Positions 12,901-24,798 of a stretch of 64,000 bases of DNA are shown piece by piece (within the stretch, counting starts at the first letter, position 1; each line of letters starts with the position of its first letter). The notes below the pieces were generated by a model. That model saw only the letters and a list, made by a program, of their open reading frames with translations. It did not search any database and was not told where the DNA came from. A program made the position numbers and the translations under genes. The DNA comes from Nymphaea colorata (Eukaryota). Location: assembly GCF_008831285.2 (NCBI RefSeq), contig NC_045138.2, forward strand, positions 5,952,001-6,016,000, in the 5' to 3' direction.

Positions 12901-14959
12901 CCACTTCCAACTCAAAACTACCAATGTTGACCTGGCTTACTATTTGCATCTAGTTCATATCCATATCCAAATCACAGACCGTTTCCAGGCCCAAGGATCG
13001 AGACATCATGGTCATTTCCCAACAATTAATTTTCAGTTCAAAATGCTCAAAAATACCCTTGAATGTTCCCAAGATATCGTTGAATTTCCCAAATGCACTT
13101 AATTTTGTTAAAACATCTTTTATTTTTCCAAGAAGCCTCATTTTTTGTTAAAAAAAATCTGAAAATACCCTTCTTTTTCTCCCAGAACGAGCCAGAGCTA
13201 ACATAGCCGGACCTTGCCCGGCCGTCGACTGGCCAGCTAGGTCCTGTAGGGCCTGACCAGGCCTAGTCTGGCCGGCAAGGCAGCTCCAGCCAGCCTGTCG
13301 GTCTCGGTCTGAGCACCAGCTAGGCCAGCCCCAGCCAGCCTAACAGGCTCGGCAATGGCCCCAACTGACTAGAGTAGACAAACTTCACGTCCTCCGCTTT
13401 GCAAATTGCAAGTGCTTTGTACTATTTATGGCCACTTGAAGTAGTCGAGGGAGTGTATATTATGGCAATCACGCTTGGAGTATAAGTGAAAGGAGTGGAA
13501 CGAAGTGTCGCATCGAGAAACATGGGTATCAAAAATCTTAAATAATTCATGCCAAGAAACCGCCCCTGGCAAATAATTTAATTTTGAGAACTGCACATCT
13601 ATTTGTACTTCCGCAATGTGCTTGATGACAAGACCAAAGTTGTGGAATTTTAAAATTAAATTTTCATTTTTTATGAAATGAGAACTATGTTGTCCAACAA
13701 AAAATTTTAATTCTAGAGTTACAGGTTTATCCTGAATTAGAATTTTTGAATTGTGATTCTATCCCAAGAGATGGAATTATGACTCCATAATTTTTTTTTT
13801 TTTTCATGAAGATGAAATTCATTGAAACAGGCCCCCAAGAAATAAAGATAAAGACCAAACTGCCCACAACTACACTTGACTAGTAGACTTGAGCCCTTCC
13901 CTCAAAAAAATCAAATTGAGCAAGTGGATCCGTTCAATTTCTGCCATCGCATTATTGTCTTGTCAGTGGTAGTGGCACAGAGTGTCTCCCTCCATTTAAT
14001 TTAGAAAACAGGACAAAAAAAGGTAATTTTAATGTGAAAAAGAAATCCAACCATTCTCACACACCCTTGTTGGTTATTATTCAATGTATAATGAAAGTTT
14101 AGATCATTTTGTCATGGCTTGATATAATATAGATGGAGTAGCGACTGACGTTTGATATAATCAAACTTAGTGAACGTTTGGCAACCATAACAAATTGTTA
14201 TCGTCTCATGAAGTTGTCTCAATAATTGGGATAATTTCATGTGGATCAAAGGCTTTAAGGCCTTTGCTTTCCCATGGGATTCTCTCTCTCTCTCTGTGAA
14301 TGGAAACAAGAAGAAAGTGTAAACAGGGACATGTGAACCCACTTGCAAACACCAATTATCTACAAGTCCACCGTGATCGATAATTGAGTCTCCTGCTGTT
14401 AGGTGAAGTCCGTGGTCCATAGACAGTAATGATGAAAAAGAATATGGAACGCGACAAATGATAGATAATTGATTATTCTTTTTCTCTAATTTCTACAACT
14501 GCTGTCCTTATGCGTCGGCAAGCAAATTTCAAATGGGGTCGAGTTCTAAATTTATATATCTACAAATATATATGTTTATATATATGGGCCACAGCCGTAG
14601 AGGTGCTTAATGAACTGCACATTTCACCACTATATGAAAATGAGTGGGATGAAATTGTTGGATTTCTGCTTCTTGCACCAATTGTTTTCAACCCTCAACT
14701 GCAGCCTTCTGTGCATGAAATCAAGGAAGCCCAGATGAAAGCAAATAGCTAAAAGGGTAGTAACAAAATAATGCACTAGCTATGAATCCACAAAAGATAT
14801 AAAGGTATCAACTCTAGATGAAGACTAGGTCAAGCACCATGAAACTCTGCCAAACCATACACATACAATGGTGAGTAGGTCAATGAACGGCATTAGAGTA
14901 GCTAAGGTCTATACCAGTACTATGCATCCATTACCTATTGACATGGTCCAACAAAGCCT

Positions 14960-15105
14960 GATCACCACATTGGCAAAATGCAATGGTCAAGAAACATAAA
15001 GCTCTCCTTGATAACTCAGCCGGGACACTTTTGTTGTGCAAGGCAAATGAATACCTTGAGCAATGCAGGGCTCGCCTTGTACCAAAAGGATACACTCTAG
15101 ACATT
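14960..15105 (+). mobile_element. Copia RT remnant (duplicated at ~33990-34175)
   Basis: Translates to PHWQNAMVKKHKALLDN and RARLVPKGYT. Confidence 0.65.
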
Positions 15106-15129
15106 TAGTCTCATAGTGAAGCCCACAAC

Positions 15130-15456
15130 CGAGAGAGAGAGGGAGAGATTGATTAATAAGAGAAAAAAAAGATTTTAAGAGAGAAATTGAAGAGAGAGAG
15201 AGATTGACAAAAGAGAGATTTTTAAAGATATTGAAGTGACAGGAGAAAAGATTAGCGAAACATATAGAAAGAAAGATTTTAAGTGCAAAATCAAAGAGAG
15301 AGAGAGAGAGAGAAAGAAAGAAAGAGACGGAAATCACAAAGAAAGAGAGAGACATTAGTAAAAGAGTGGGAAAAAGATATTTTAAGAGAAAAATTAAAGA
15401 GTGACAGAGAGAGACAGACAAAGAGAACAGTTAGAGCAATTCAAAAGGTCAAGATA

Positions 15457-15511
<55 letters not shown>

Positions 15512-15559
15512 CATTAATATAACTAAAAGAAAGAGAACAAAAGACTTGTATTAATAATC

Positions 15560-15590
<31 letters not shown>

Positions 15591-16920
15591 ACTGAAAGAA
15601 TGAGAAAAAGAGATTTGCATTAATAATCAGATATATTGATCTTCAATAGAAATTAAGATTACAAGTATAAAAAATAAGTTTTAGAAATTTACACACTTGA
15701 ACCTTTTTTATGCAGAAGAGGAACTTGGGCTCAGTAGACAGTATTGGGTAAACACCTTAGGGGCTTATTTTGGAACACTTTTGAAACCTACGTAAAGATT
15801 TTTTCGTATATATGTACAAATATTAAAGAAAATCTTCTTTAACCTTAGGGTTTATGAGAATTTCTTCTCCCATCGTCAAGATGGAAGGAAGCTTAAACTA
15901 TGAGGAAGAATTGTCTACTAGAAGAAAGTAGCTCTTCTCTTACAATTCTTGTGCTCCAATCCTATCAAGAATGTGATTCTAAAAAAAAAAATCATTTTTT
16001 TGTTCAGACTACAAATATAGATGTTTAATAGATGGTTATCAAGAAAATGAGGATTAAGAGCAGTTAAAGAAACACTTTAAAACTACAAGAGTAAAAATAA
16101 AGATTTTAAAAGATAAATCAGAAAGGGGGAGAGAGAGATTAATAAAAAGGAGAAATAGAGATCTTAAGAGAAATTAAAGAGAGACAAAGACAGAAAAATC
16201 AAAAGAGGGAGGGAGACAAGAGAAAAAGTGACTTTAAGAGGGAAATCAAAGAGAGAGAGAGAAGGAAATTAATAAAAGAGGAAGAAAAAGAGATTTTTAG
16301 TGAAAAATCAAAGAAAGAGAATCCTAAGAAAGAGAGAGAGAAAGATTAATAAAAAGAGAGAAAAAGGGATTTTAAGAAAGAAATTAAATGGAAAATGATT
16401 AATAAAAGAGAGAGAGAATGAATTTTATAGAAAAGTCGAAAAGTGAGAGAAAGAGAAACAAAATGAGAGAGAAAAGCATAAGATTAATAAGAGAGAGGGA
16501 GAGAAAGAAAGAGATTTTGGGACAGAAATCGATGAGGGAGAGAGAGAAAGAGTTTTAAAAGAGAGAGAGAGGGTGAGGTTAATAAAAGAGAACAAAGATA
16601 TTAATCTAAGAGAGGGAGATAAATAAAAGAAAGAAAAAGAAATTTTAATTTAGAAATAGAAGAAAGGGAGAGAACTATGAATAAAGGAGAAAAAAAAGGT
16701 TCTAAGAGAGTAATTGAAGAGAGTGGAAGAGATTTAAAAACGGGGATACATAGAGGAGAGGGGAAAAGAGATTAATAAGAGAGAAAGAGAGAGAGTGTGT
16801 GTGTTGGTGGTGTAAAAATAGATTTTTGATATTCTAGATTGTATCAAACATGTATAAAGATAATTATGCAAGAAATATTGTAGCAAATTTTTTTTTGAGT
16901 TAAAATTTGTTATATATATA
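15130..16920 (+). repeat. Purine-rich (GA/A-tract) repeat element, copy 1
   Basis: Degenerate ~50-55 bp monomer GAGATTAATAAAAGAGAGAAAAAGAGATTTTAAGAGAGAAATC with unique islands and a conserved end ..GATAATTATGCAA..TATTGTAGCAAATTT followed by (TA)n. Confidence 0.8.
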
Positions 16921-16929
16921 TTTTACGTG

Positions 16930-17382
16930 GAGGGAGGTACCATTGCGTCATTTATGCGTCTCTGGTGATGCTTGCGTATTATAAACATGCACTTTCACGA
17001 GATTGGAGAGAAGCATCTTGCTATAGGAGGGGAGCAGAAGCAGCAATTTGAATCTAGCTAATCTAGATGATAGAAATTGAAGGGACTGAGAAAGCAGTTT
17101 CAACTACTCTTTAGCATCGTCTAAATTAGACGGACGTGGCCGAAGACTTGATCTTTTTGAGAGGAACGTGGCCGAAGACTTGATCTTTTTGAGAGGAACG
17201 TGGCCGAAGACTACAAGTCAATGGTAATTGTCGGCAGCCTGCTCTTTATCATTAGCTGGTGGAGCTAATTGTCAATGGCAATTGTGGCAGTGTAGTCTTT
17301 ATATTGAGCACTTTACCTTCCCTGCCACTCAAAAATTTCTTCTCTTCCTCTTGCTCTTCCATCCACAGAGAGAGCTGAGAAG
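16930..17382 (+). promoter_or_regulatory. NLR1 upstream region
   Basis: Conserved with 25988-26289 and 45473-45839; three ACGTGGC (17134, 17166, 17198), W-box AGTCAA (17216), TATA-like TTTATAT (~17298), CT-rich leader. Confidence 0.7.
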
Positions 17383-20076
17383 ATGGAAATAGTAATGGGA
17401 GTATTTGCAGAAGCAGCTATTTCTAATCTGTTGGGAGCCGTAACTAATTTGCTGAAACACGAAGTGGAGCTCATCCGGAATGCCAAAGTCGAACTCAACC
17501 AGCTTGAGGGGAACCTGGAATGCTTGAAGAAGGCCCTCAAAGATGTAGATCGCAAGCCCTTTCTCAGCAACAAGCGCAACAGAGATCTGGAGGGAGAGCA
17601 GAAGGATGTTTTCTATGATGCACAAGATATCATCGAAGAATGCCAAACCATAATTGAGCTCAGCTCGAAGAAGGTAAGAAAGGCTTGGATCCTTGATGTG
17701 TCTGCTCCCTACCGTCTTAGGAATGAAATTAAAACGATCAACGAAAGGCTTAGTAAAATATTAAAAGAACCAATGGTGGATTTGTTCAAAACAAAACCAA
17801 AAGATAATAGCCAGGGCCCTATTGGTGTTGAAGATGACAACCCCCGAGAGACAACCCATCACATAGGTGCACAACCACCGATAGGCAGGGAGAATGATAA
17901 AAGGGTGATAGTAGAAAAACTCTTGTTCAATTGTTCTAGACAGAGTAGTATGCCAGAGAAGCATGATGTTTCTATTATCTCAATTGTAGGAGAAGGCGGG
18001 ATCGGCAAGACTACTCTTGCAAAAATGGTCTTTAATGAAGTCGAACAACAGTTCAGGGATCATAGATGGTGGGTTTGTGTTTCTGAGAGGCCAAAACGTA
18101 AGGATTTATTGCGGAAAATACTGAAGGAAGTGTGCAAGGAATCTAAAGCAGGACTTGATACTTCTTTGAATGACTTGTGCACACAAATACGGAGAGAACT
18201 TTGGAAGAAAAGATTTTTGTTGGTATTAGATGACGTATGGGAACTAGATTGGTGGCAGGGAGAGGTAGAGAGCACTCTTATGAGAGGTTTAATGGGGAGC
18301 AAAATTTTGATCACTAGTCGAAATATCGATGTCTCAAAAGGGGTTGGAGCTTTATATATGCATAGATTGCCAATATTGAAGGATGATGAGAGTTGGAATT
18401 TATTTTTGAACAAGGCATTGATGACCGAAACTGATTTGGCAAGTCACAATTTGCAAGATATTGCGAAAAAAATAGTCAAGAAGTGCAGTGGGTTGCCACT
18501 TGTGGTCCAAACAGTTGGGTCCTTAATGTGAACAAAAAACATGGAAAAAGCAGAGTGGAAGGCAGTTGCAGATAGTGTGATCTGGGACTGGAAGATGCCT
18601 GCCTCATCATCTTCCTCTCAATATGGTAGCATTCTTCCTGGTTTGATAATGAGCTACGATGACTTGCCACCTTATTTGAGGTGTTGTTTCGTTTATTGCA
18701 GCATTTTTCCAAAGGATCATGAGATCAAAAGGGAGCTATTGATCATGCAATGGGTGGCACATGGATTGGTTGAGGAAAAGGAAGGTGTAGGTGTGGAAGT
18801 GACAGCAAACCAATACATTGAAGATTTGAGAAGGCGTTGCTTGATTGAAACACATAGATCTGATAGGGGCACTTGTGTCAAATTGCATGACATTTTGCAT
18901 GACCTTGCCTCATATGTAGGTGGAAAGGAATATAGCCATGCCTTTGCTACTGAGCAGACCCGCCATCTGTCATTACTTGGTCAAGCCAATGCAGAAGCGG
19001 CCATGAAATATAATGCCTCAGGAGCAGCAAATAAGGTGCGGACAATATTGTTGAGTGCATCCTTGCCTTTGGTGGAATTGATCAATTTCAAGCGATTGAG
19101 GGTGTTATCATTGATGAAATGTCGAATAGATGAGCTATCGAACTCCATTGAATGCCTTTCACTTCTAAAATATCTCGATCTAAGATGGTCTGAGGTGAGA
19201 CGATTGCCCAGGTCAATTGGCAGACTCTATAACTTGCAAACATTGGATTTAAGTGATAGTGATATTGAAGAGTTGCCCGTGGAAATGGTCGAACTGTGCA
19301 ACTTGAGGTATCTTGGGATGGAAAGAACAGTGTGTTTGAAATTTATGGCAGAAGGCTTGGGGAAGCTTACCAATTTATGGACCTTGCATAAGTTTCTGGT
19401 ATGCAATGACAATGGAGGATGCAATATTAGGGAGCTAGAAAACTTGAACAAACTGAAAGGGAAATTGCTAATAGAAGGTTTGGGTGGGGGAAGGGTGAAA
19501 GCAATTGATGCAGAGAAAGCACAACTTAAGGAGAAGCATGAGCTAAATGTTGTAGAATTGGTCTTCGAGGTGGATGATAATGTTTCTGAACACAGAAGTT
19601 TGCTAGAGGCTTTGGAACCTCCACATGGCATCGAGAGGTTGAGAATTTGTGATTATGAAGGAGATACGCCTGCGTGGTATTTGGACACCACCAACTATAT
19701 GGAGCTGCGGACACTACAGCTGCGATGTTGCCCATTGTTGGCAACAGTAATCGGAATTAACTGTTTGGAAAATTTGGAGGTCAACATCTGCCCAACATTG
19801 TGTGAATTGCCAAGCATGCCTTCGCTCAAGTCATTGAAGGTGAACGGATGTAATGGGCTAAAAACCCTCGCTAACATGCCTATCTTAGAGTCTTTGGAGG
19901 TGGTTGAATGTGGCAGCCTTGAGCACGTTGCTGAGATGCCTGCACTCATGTCACTGAGGGTGGACAGATGTAATATGCTGAAGACTCTTGCTAATATGTC
20001 GGCCTTGGAATTGTTGACGCTGATTCAATGTCGCAGCCTAAAGCAAGTAGCTGAGGTGCTTGCACTCAGGCCACTG
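17383..20076 (+). pseudogene. CC-NB-ARC-LRR disease resistance gene (NLR1); in-frame stop and TE-truncated LRR
   Basis: CC with EDVID-like QDIIE, P-loop GEGGIGKTT, kinase-2 LLVLDDVW, RNBS-B SKILITSR, GLPL, RNBS-D CFVYCSIFP, LHD, LRRs. TGA at 18529-18531 in frame with the 18541 ORF; LRR homology stops at ~20076. Confidence 0.95.
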
Positions 20077-22688
20077 GTCCTTGTTAGTGTTGCTGCTAGA
20101 TCCTAAGGATTACATCTTGTGTTGCCGCGTTTCATTCTCATGGCAAATCAAGAAGCATCATCAAATACAGGAGTCAACTCTGATACGGGTATGAATTTTC
20201 TTGCTTCTCCTCTTCAGTGCCCAAGCAATTTACAGCATTTCCTCACCATCAAGTTAAATGCTGAAAATTATCTTATTTGGGAATCTCAATTCACTTCAAT
20301 TTTGATCTCATTTGGTCTTATGGGATATATTGATGGAAGCAAACCTGCTCCATCAATGTTTAGAAGTGGAACAACTGAAATTAGTTCAGAATATATTGAA
20401 TGGTTGAGAAATGATCAACTACTTTTGAGTTGGATTAAGTCCTCTCTATCTGAAGCAATACATACCCAAATTATTGGTTTAAAAACCTCTCTAGAGGTTT
20501 GGAGCGCTCTTAGGCAGTCATATGCCACTCAATCTATGGCTCGAATAATGCAGTTAAAATCACAGTTTCAAGATTTGAAAAAGGGGTCTAGTTCTATGGA
20601 TGTTTATATAAACAAAGCAAAATCTATTGCTCATCAATTAGCCATTGCATCCAAACCTGTTGATGAAGATGATCTTGTTCTTCAAATTCTTAGAGGATTG
20701 CCAAGTGAATATCTTGCTTTTAAAGTCAGTATGGAAACTCGAAAGGACCCTGTCTCTTTGAACGAACTTCATGGGCTTCTTCTCATACAAGAAGCCAACT
20801 TAAAAGAAGATGATTCTCAAACTTTTGAATCTATTATGCCGGCTGCGAATATTGCCTCAAAACAAGTTTACAACAAGCAAACCAACTACAGAGGTCGTGG
20901 TAGAAACAACTATCAATCTAGAGGAGGAGTCCGGAAAAGTGATCAATACAAAGGTGATCGTTTTGTGTGCCAAATATGTGGAAAAGTTGGTCATATTGCA
21001 AAGTTTTGTTGGTCATATACTAACTTGCTTAAAGAAAAAGAGACAACGCCTCCTCAAGCATATCATGCAGTTTCTTCTAGCACTCTGAATCAAGACATTG
21101 GAGATGACAATTGGTATCCTGACTCCGGTGCGACTCATCTCATCACCAATGATATCAATAACTTGTTCATTCATGCCAAATACAAAGGTGGAGATGCAGT
21201 AAAAATCGGAGATGGATCAGGTTTGAGAATTTTTCATATTGGTTCTTCAAAGACATCTCAAAATTTAGTTTTAAATGATCTCCTTCATGTGCCCAAAATA
21301 ACAAGAAACTTGTTATCTGTACAACGTTTTTCTAAGGATAATGGAGTCTATTTTGAGTTTCATCCTAATATGTGCTATGTTAAGCAGCAGGGAACGGGAA
21401 AAATTCTTCATCAAGGAACGAGCAGTGATGGGCTATATAAGATTGACCTTAGTAGCAAAAAAAAGGAAGCACAACTTGGAGAAAGACATACTATTGGGCA
21501 GTGGCACAAAAGACTTGGTCACCCTTCATTTTCCATTGTTAAGAGGTTTTGAACAAGTATGATTTGTCTTATTATGATGATTGTTTAAATTATTTGTGTG
21601 AAGCTTGTCAAAAAGCTAAGAGTCATAAACTTCCATTTAATGCTATTTCAAGTAAGGTGAAATGCCCGCTTGAACTCATTTATTCTGATGTATGGGGTCC
21701 AGCCCCAGTGGAGAGTGTGAATGGTTTTAAGTACTATGTGATTTTTATGGATGCGTTTTCAAGATATACTTGGATTTATTTGATGAAAAAAAAATCAGAT
21801 GTCAGTCATGTTTTTAAAGCTTTCAAGACACTTTCTGAAAATCTCACTGGGCACAAGATAAAATATTTTCACTCAGATTGGGGAGGAGAATTTCGAGGGC
21901 TTCAATCATATCTTGTCGATAATGGGATTGGACATAGAATATCATGTCCTCATACCCCTGAACAAAATGGAGCAGCTGAAAGGAGACATAAACATATTGT
22001 TGAAACAGGTTTATCTCTAATGGCAGAAGGTAATATTCCTAAGAACTTTTGGTCATATGCTTTTTGTACTGCTGTATATTTGATTAACCGAATGCCAACC
22101 AAGATTCTTGATTTTGCTTCTCCTTTGGAAAAATTGTTCAAAGAGAAACCTGACTATGGCTTCCTCAAAATCTTTGGATGTGAATGCTTTCCTTGTTTAA
22201 GAGCTTATCAGAAAAATAAATTAGATTACCGTTCTGAAAGATGTGTTTTCTTGGGTTATGCTCCTCAACATAAAGGATATTATTGTTTGGGTGTACGAAC
22301 CCGTAAAATCTATATTTCGAGACATGTCCAATTTAATGAGAAAAAATTTTCTTTTATTGATACTCAAGAAACTAGAACTCAAGATCTAGAAACTCAAAAC
22401 CAAGCTATAATTTTAACCTCCCCTCATGAATATCAGTTCTCAAACCCTACAATACCATCATCTAGTACCTCCACAACTTCAGAGGAACCCTTACTTCAGT
22501 CTGAAACAAATAGTGAATCTCAACCTGAAACTCTTGAAAATGAGGAGCCTACCCAATCCAATGAAAATGAACCAAATCAAGAACGAGTCCATCCTATGAC
22601 TACTAGATCTCAAGTGGGAATCTTCAAACCTAATTCTAAATACAATGAGTTCCATACATATTTTTCTAGCAAACACTCTCTTCCAAGA
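20077..22688 (+). mobile_element. Ty1/copia gag-protease-integrase segment (Ale/RE1-like) lacking LTRs, RT and RNaseH
   Basis: IKLNAENYLIW gag, CQICGKVGHIAKFC knuckle, WYPDSGATH, WHKRLGHP, YSDVWGP, SDWGGEF, HPMTTRSQVGIFKP. Only one frameshift (~21545). Confidence 0.93.
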
Positions 22689-23069
22689 GCTCTGATACCA
22701 TGTAAGAAATCAAAATGAAGAAATAATTAAAGGGACAAAAATTTTTAAAGTGGTTCAGCCAATAGGCCTACGTCCACTAGTCTATCATTTCTTGCTTGCC
22801 TTCTTTTGGTGGAGAGGCTCATTTATATAGAGGAGTTACATAAGGGGTCTCTAGTTCCCAAGAGACATGACTTTTCATCTTCCAACATACATGACTTTTC
22901 ATCCCTCAAGTGACATGACTTTTCATCTCTCAAGAGACATGTCTTTTCATTTCCTAAGAGACATGACTTTTCATCTTCCAACAGACATGACTTTTCATCT
23001 CTCAAGAGACATGACTTTTCATCTCCCAAGTAATACACATTGAGAGCCTTCTTGGTGTTTCTGTTAACA
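22689..23069 (-). mobile_element. 5' LTR (23069-22701) plus tRNA-iMet PBS (22700-22689) of an oppositely oriented LTR element
   Basis: Minus strand reads TGTTAAC..7 x 21-bp repeats..CTATATAAAT..GTGGACGTAGGC..GAACCAC..CTTACA then TGGTATCAGAGC. Confidence 0.9.
22858..23030. repeat. 21-bp tandem repeat, 7 copies, in LTR U3
   Basis: Consensus CAAGAGACATGACTTTTCATCT-like; explains the DEKSCLL ORF. Confidence 0.92.
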
Positions 23070-23100
23070 GTAATATGCTGAAGACTCTTCCTAAATGCCA
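23070..23100 (+). pseudogene. 31-bp stub of NLR LRR repeat between two LTRs
   Basis: GTAATATGCTGAAGACTCTTCCTAAATGCC matches LRR unit TGTAATATGCTGAAGACTCTTGCTAATATGCC. Confidence 0.8.
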
Positions 23101-23230
23101 TGTAAAGAGGAAGAAGAACAAAAATGAACAGAATTTTTTAACGTGGTTCAGAATTGTTCCTACTCGACGATCTCAGTCATCAAATCTCCGTTGACTGGTT
23201 TCCTTCCTCAATGGATTTTATACATTTGTT
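23101..23230 (-). mobile_element. Second, related LTR U5 fragment
   Basis: TGTAAAGAGG..TTTTTTAACGTGGTTCAG..CCTAC resembles 22701-22775. Right end not defined. Confidence 0.6.
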
Positions 23231-23436
23231 AGGAAAGTTCAAATTCAAATTACATCTATAAATGATGTTCCACCGCCTTCGACACTCGGCCACAATTCTT
23301 GGCTATGGCTAGTGGCCTATTTCGTTATTGTGCCTTTGAAGAAGGAGGGTTCTCTCTCAAAGCTTCCATGGATTCTCTACACTCATTTGTAGATTCATCC
23401 CTATCACCTGGAGGGAGGACCAAAGATTCATCCCTC

Positions 23437-24728
23437 TCACCTATCACCATGGGCGAGAACCATTCTTATCTTTTGTAGAATCTTCTCTTCACTCATTTTG
23501 TATATTTAATTGTAATCGTAATTGTAATAGAGAAAACTTATAAGCTTGACATGACTTGCGCAAATCAAACTATTATAATATGAAGTTCTATAATCAATAT
23601 TGTCTACTTTTCGTGTTCCCAAAGCAATTGTAATAAAAAAATATGACTCATTCATTTATCTCTCCCTTCTACATGCAAGTAAGTTTCAACAACATTCATT
23701 CTTGAAAATGGCCTTTAAGTCAATGCTAAATTAATTAGTAAACGAAAAGAAAGTAGTTGCCCTTCAATGGCAAATAATTTAATTTTGAGAAGTGCACATC
23801 TATTTGTACTTCTGCAGTGAAGCTTGATGTTGTTTGATGATGAGACCGAAATTGTGGAATTTTAAAATTAAATTGTCATTTTTTATGACATGAGAACTAT
23901 GTTATCCAATAAAAAATTTTAATTCCAGAATTATATGCTCATCCTCGAATTAGAATTTTGGAATTGTGATTCTATCCTAAGAGATGGAAATGGAATTATG
24001 ATTCCATAATTTTAGATTTCTTTCATGAAGACGAAATTCATTGAAATAGGCTCCAAAAAATGGAAGGAAAAGAAAGAAAAAAAAAACAAAGCCAATAAAG
24101 ATAAAGACTAGGCTGCCGACAACTACAGTTGACTTGTAGACTTGGGCCCTCCCCCTCATAAAAGTCAAGTTGAGCGAGTGGGTCCGTTTAATTTAATTAG
24201 CTCCAATGCCACATTATTGTCTGGTTAGTGGTACAGAAAGTAATTTTAATGTTAAAAAAAAAAGTCCAACCACATTCACACACCCTTATCAGGTGAAGTA
24301 ATTTTGCCATCAATTTCATGTCCAGTGATTTCATTGTCACCATTAGTAAAGAACTGAAGATAAGCTCGATTTCAAGACTAAAGCCCCTCTCTTCGTGTTA
24401 ATCAATTCATATGATATGATCACATAGGCAATTGAGGGATATTCTATGATGGCCGTCCATCATTGAGACGACTCCCTCAAATTAGTTATATGAATCTACG
24501 ACTTTAAGAAGAGTGAGTTTAGAACTCATTTACAATGGCCTGCTTTTAATGGTGGACTTGAATTTATAGTAAGTCATAGATGATAATTCCAATTCGGGAG
24601 TTGTGTTCTCCACCCAACCATAAAGGAAGTAGGAATATATTATCTTAGAAACAACTATTATTTCCAGTTAGGTAGATGATCTACATCGAGTTGCTTGAAG
24701 ATTATTGCAAGTTCTCTTGTATCACATT

Positions 24729-24798
<70 letters not shown>

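Noticed and set aside
13185..13375. GC-rich patch with TGACCAGGCCTA (13254-13265) as the missing hAT TIR
   Set aside because: One mismatch, lies mid-patch, and flank GTCTGGCC does not match the 8 bp (CTCAGAAT) before the TIR at 5008.
20077..21552. NLR1-gag integrated-domain fusion
   Set aside because: NLR frame stops at 20106 before gag, and NLR1 already has an upstream stop.
22823..23101. ORF with DEKSCLL repeats as a novel repeat protein or CRISPR-like array
   Set aside because: It is the 21-bp U3 tandem repeat of an LTR; no spacers, eukaryotic context.
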